Positions 60,239-64,000 of a DNA stretch of 64,000 bases are shown in pieces. Positions within the stretch are counted from its first letter, which is position 1, and every line of letters begins with the position of its first letter. This stretch comes from Euglena gracilis. Its lineage: Eukaryota. Location of the stretch: positions 16,138,140 to 16,202,139 of the forward strand of contig CP154954.1 in assembly GCA_039621445.1 (NCBI GenBank). Direction: 5' to 3'. The translations under genes and the position numbers were made by a program. The notes beneath the pieces were generated by a model that saw nothing but the letters and a program-made list of their open reading frames with translations, ran no database searches and was not told the DNA's origin.

Positions 60239-60541
60239 CAGGCTTGTGCTTAGTCGGGGGGTGGGTGCTAGGGGCAGGCACCCCATAGCACCCGGTCCGC
60301 CCCCCCCCCCCCTGGGGGGGGTAGGGTTTTGGGGGGTGCCTGCCCCTAGCAGGCACCCCCCTCCGACCCCGGCGCCGAAGGCGCCGGGGGCCCGGAAAAG
60401 GCCATTTTCAATGAAAATTTTCTGGGTCCGGCCCGGACCCCTATCCCCCCCCCCCGGGGGGGTGTGCCTGCTAGGGGCAGGCACCCTATAGCACCCACCC
60501 CCCCCCTCCCCCCCCCCCCCCGGTTGGTAAGCACAAGCATG
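60239..60541. mobile_element. hAT-type MITE, 8-bp TSD
   Basis: Ends CAGGCTTGTGCTTA / TAAGCACAAGCATG; perfect TSD GACAGAAC at 60231-60238 and 60542-60549; inverted homologue of 33247-33556. Confidence 0.9.
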
Positions 60542-61777
60542 GACAGAACCTTTGGGCACGGTCGCCCAACAGTGCCAAAAACAGTGGATCCCTGTGACCA
60601 CTACTCAAGGCTGCAGGTCAGAGGGTTTGCATGACCCTCAGGGAAAAGACTTTATTTTGCCTTTGGAATTTTTTTCCAGTCTGGCTACATCAAAGTGGGC
60701 GAATGGTATGCCTTTGTCCATCCAGCTGGAACCGGCCACCGAAAATCCAGCAAAGGCTGGTTTGGGGGTTTCCAGCTAAAACTTAGAGGTATAATGGCCA
60801 AAATCTTCAAAATACCATTTTTGCCCCCCCCCTTTCTTACAAAGATTTTTGCTGTTTCAAAGTTCGATGCCTGGCTCAGAAGCTTTTCTTCTCCTCGGGG
60901 GAGAAAACCCACTTTTGGGTAACTCTATTTTTGAGTCCAACCTCCCTGAACCCTTCACACCTGAGCCAAGAACTTTCTTTTGGCAAAGAAGCAAATTTTT
61001 CCAAAGTCCGTCACAGCAGAATGTTGACAATCTGTTTTTTCTTCTTCCAGAAGTCAGTATGTGTCAGTGCATGCCTTTTTGCAGTTGTGTGTACTTGTGT
61101 GCGGTTTTATACAGTGATTTTTTTTTTGCCTGCCCGTGTGGATATTTTGCACCCCCCCCCCCATCTGGGTGTCCCCCCACTTTTCCATTTTTCCCCAAGG
61201 CACACATTTTTAGGCCAATGTTTTCATGCAAACTTTAGGAATAGCTGGGGGCCCTCACCCCCCCCCCCATTCTGGCTTGGAGGTACCTGACCACCCCCCC
61301 ACCCATCAGGCGTTTCGGTGTGGCCCCGTTGATGTTGATATGGCGGCTTGGCCACAAGCCCAGAGAGGGGACAGTTGGCCCAAAACCCCAACGGCTTCCA
61401 CCCGCAACACAGGGCCACAGGGCCCCTCCCTGCCCCACTCCTTGCCTCCCAAGTGGATGGCGAGTGGATGTCCGTCATGCGCAGGCATCCCGATGCGCTG
61501 CAGCCCCTGCAATGTGGTCTGCGACAGAACTATGTGTGCCGTTGGGCTTTGTTGTCGGATTGTGTGTTTATTGCGGAACGAGTTGGGAGGAGAACCAGCG
61601 ACCCGAGCTTCCTGAAAACAGCTGGATTCTTTTCCACCAACAGCAATTTTGAGAGACAGACCAGTTTTGAGAGGGGGAATTAAAATGGCAGTCAAAACAA
61701 ATTGATGGTGAAGATATCACGGCAGCTGTTTTTTGTTGCACCCACCAATGGGTTCAAGCACTCCCAACCCAGCCCCA

Positions 61778-62018
61778 GGCGCTTGGCTCCACTCCTCCTT
61801 GCATGTGCACCTGTCCCCCTAAAGTTGGGCTTCAGCCTTCCCTTGCCACCTTGGCCGCCCATTTTTTAAGGTTTTTGGCCCATTTTGTGCATGCCGAAAT
61901 TCTTAACATGCAAACTTGGCCCCCTAAGTTGGCCCTCCCGGCCTTGCCATCACAATTGACGGCAAGGCCAGGGTTCCAACCTTTGGGACAAGCGCAGCCA
62001 AGTCGGGGGCCAAGCGCC
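61778..62018. repeat. Short interspersed TIR repeat family (GGCGCTTGG...CCAAGCGCC)
   Basis: Shared ends and internal CATGCAAACTTGGCCCC motif. Other copies or fragments at ~364-460, 1741-1890, 52016-52165, 53492-53590, 56820-56990 and 58465-58645. TSD unclear. Confidence 0.65.
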
Positions 62019-62634
62019 CAGTATGCAATTTGCCCCCCTTTCAATCATGGCTTGGGCAAATCCCCCGGCTGGGGGGGTGTGGCCGATTTGGGCCACAGAA
62101 ATGAACCAAGATATTGGCCCGGAGGAGGTCAGGCAGATGGAAGGAGGGGTCCCGGACCTCCCAAGTGAAGTCATCAATGAACATTCACTGGGGAGGGGTA
62201 CACTCGGCCGGTGAACCTCACCAGTTTGAGGCTCAGGGGTGAAATTTTGATGTGCCTTTTCTGTTGTGTATATTTTTTTGTTCTTTTTCCACACCCCCTG
62301 CTCAGCCTGCAGTCCAATTTTTGGCTGGTCTAGAGGTGACCGCACGTGGACTGGCACGGGGACTTGCACCAGCACCCGCACCGGCACTGGCACTGGCACT
62401 GGCACTGGCACGGGCATGGGCAATTGCACCGGAACGGGCATGGGTCCACCAGCACTGGCCTTTCCAACACACATCGGTGGGCCCCATTGAATTCTGGCGC
62501 TCCTACCTGTGAGGCACCCTCCGGGATGGTGCCTGCGCAGGGAGGGCTGGTCAAGGCCTCGGTGGCACCTTCGAGGGCTGGACACGGCCTCCGGGGCATC
62601 CTTCTGCATAGCACTTTGCATGAGGGTGAAGGCC

Positions 62635-63561
62635 TCAACGGCAACACTTGGGACGGCACCTGCACAGGGGGGGAGGGCTACGCATTGCCACCGGGGCACC
62701 CTCTTGGATCACAACGCGGTTGATAGGGCTGGACGCGTCCCCCTCGGCACCCTCCAGATTGGCTCCGGCTCCACGAGGGGGGCTGCTCGAGGCCTCACGG
62801 GGGTCCTCTGCTGTGTTCAGCTGGATGTTGGTTGGAGGTTTGGGAAATGGCTGCAAACCCTCCGAAACAAAACGGACCGCCCCGGCAATGGTGCGTCGTC
62901 GGCCCCTGGTGCCTGTGGTGTACTGTGCGGCTCTTAGGTGTGGACCTCCTCCTCCACAACCTTGACGATGGGGGCTCCGAGAGGCAGTGTGGGGATGGCC
63001 GCCGGGGTGTTCAGGCACGAGTTGAGATCGCTCATTTGACTGCTTGGAGGTGGAACTGGGGGGATTTGCGGGGGCGGGGGTTGTGGTCGGTGTGGGACAA
63101 AGGTCTGCCAGAACAATGGATTGTTGGCTTGCCTGATGTGTGGGGATGGGTACCTGGGGTTTGGGGGCATGAGCTGACCCTTGGGAGCGCAGGTATTGAA
63201 GCATCTTCCGAAACCAGTTGTGGAACTCCTTGGAGCGGACATCGGAGGCCTGCCACCGGCGTTGCAGGAAGCAGCTCCAGACCGAACAATCGAGTTTCTC
63301 AGGGTAGGGCGACGTTGGCGATGCTCTCTTTGAAGTCCCGCATGTGGGAGAATGTTTTCCTAGCTTGCGATGAAGCGTCCCATCAGCACCGCACCAAGCT
63401 GCGGGCGGGGTCGGTGGTGTCTCACTTGGGGTATGGAAGGGGACTCCTCCTCGCGGTCGAAGAGCGTGGTACGTAGGCGATGATGCGGCAGCGGACACCG
63501 AGGGAGAATACGCCAGCAGGGTCTGTGAGGTCTGGTTGAGGGTCATAAGTAAATTCTTCAC
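62635..63561 (-). CDS. GC-rich 308-codon open frame, possible exon or pseudogene of unknown function
   Basis: Longest non-microsatellite ORF in the window; Pro/Ser-rich; no ATG start and no recognisable domain; frame uncertain. Confidence 0.25.
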   Translation of the reverse strand: MKNLLMTLNQTSQTLLAYSPSVSAAASSPTYHALRPRGGVPFHTPSETPPTPPAAWCGADGTLHRKLGKHSPTCGTSKRASPTSPYPEKLDCSVWSCFLQRRWQASDVRSKEFHNWFRKMLQYLRSQGSAHAPKPQVPIPTHQASQQSIVLADLCPTPTTTPAPANPPSSTSKQSNERSQLVPEHPGGHPHTASRSPHRQGCGGGGPHLRAAQYTTGTRGRRRTIAGAVRFVSEGLQPFPKPPTNIQLNTAEDPREASSSPPRGAGANLEGAEGDASSPINRVVIQEGAPVAMRSPPPLCRCRPKCCR

Positions 63562-63707
63562 AAGTAAGGGTACGTTTTGTGCAAAAGTACATCAATGTGG
63601 TGACCTTTGGCTCAAAGCACTGGTAGGAACAAATCCACGTTTTTGGATTGTGGTCCTGGACCTGACCTGGAAAATCGGTGCACAGGATGCGATTTGGGTG
63701 CTGTGCC

Positions 63708-64000
63708 CAGGGCGGTCCTTAAGGGACAGGAAAGTTTTTTTTTTTTTTTCTTTAAGGAGCGGCTCCAATTGAGCCAAAGGGGCGGGTAAGGGCCAGACTG
63801 GGACTTGTACGGGTCCAAGTATTGAACAGTCAAAAAACACAGTTTTTGATGATTTGGGGGATGGACGATGGTCCAAGGGTGCCAGGAATCATTTTTTTGC
63901 CTGATGTCGACCTGTTCTCACTGTAAATGCCAAAATTTCGCCCATTTTCCTGTGTATTTTTCACTCAGTGTGCTGGCTCAGCGGAGTTTTTTTATATTTG
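63708..64000. mobile_element. Second copy of the 18936 MITE family (reverse orientation, cut by the window end)
   Basis: Starts CAGGGCGGTCCTTAAGGGACAG and is reverse-complement homologous to 18950-19246. Confidence 0.85.

Noticed and set aside
62380-62412. (GGCACT)n giving VPVP / TGTG / HWHW peptides
   Set aside because: Short hexanucleotide repeat, with no evidence for which frame, if any, is coding.

Overview
Repeat-dominated eukaryotic nuclear DNA. It is most likely from a euglenid (inference): one gene carries both GT-AG introns and hairpin-ended non-GT-AG introns with the euglenid nonconventional geometry. I found no intact host gene, RNA gene or CRISPR array. Architecture: a ~53 kb inverted duplication (left arm ~256-32564, spacer ~3.4 kb, right arm ~35968-53693), each arm with its own tandem duplication, so many insertions can be compared with empty homologous sites in the same window. 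Mobile content: (i) an internally deleted hAT element (14349-16536) encoding a CGGBP1-like transposase with 7-bp TSDs, plus two relatives; (ii) a rearranged Tc1-like element (24186-25588, TA TSD, inferred DD37E); (iii) several CAG...CTG-ended MITEs with 8-bp TSDs; (iv) TA-TSD MITEs; (v) long microsatellites. Main hypothesis: the 8-bp-TSD CAG...CTG MITEs match the euglenid nonconventional intron rule (CAG at +4..+6, CTG at -8..-6, purine as first exon base). Splicing would remove the element plus 3+5=8 nt, exactly one TSD copy, and restore the pre-insertion sequence, so these hAT MITEs may generate nonconventional introns. Coordinates were read by eye; identity statements are qualitative.
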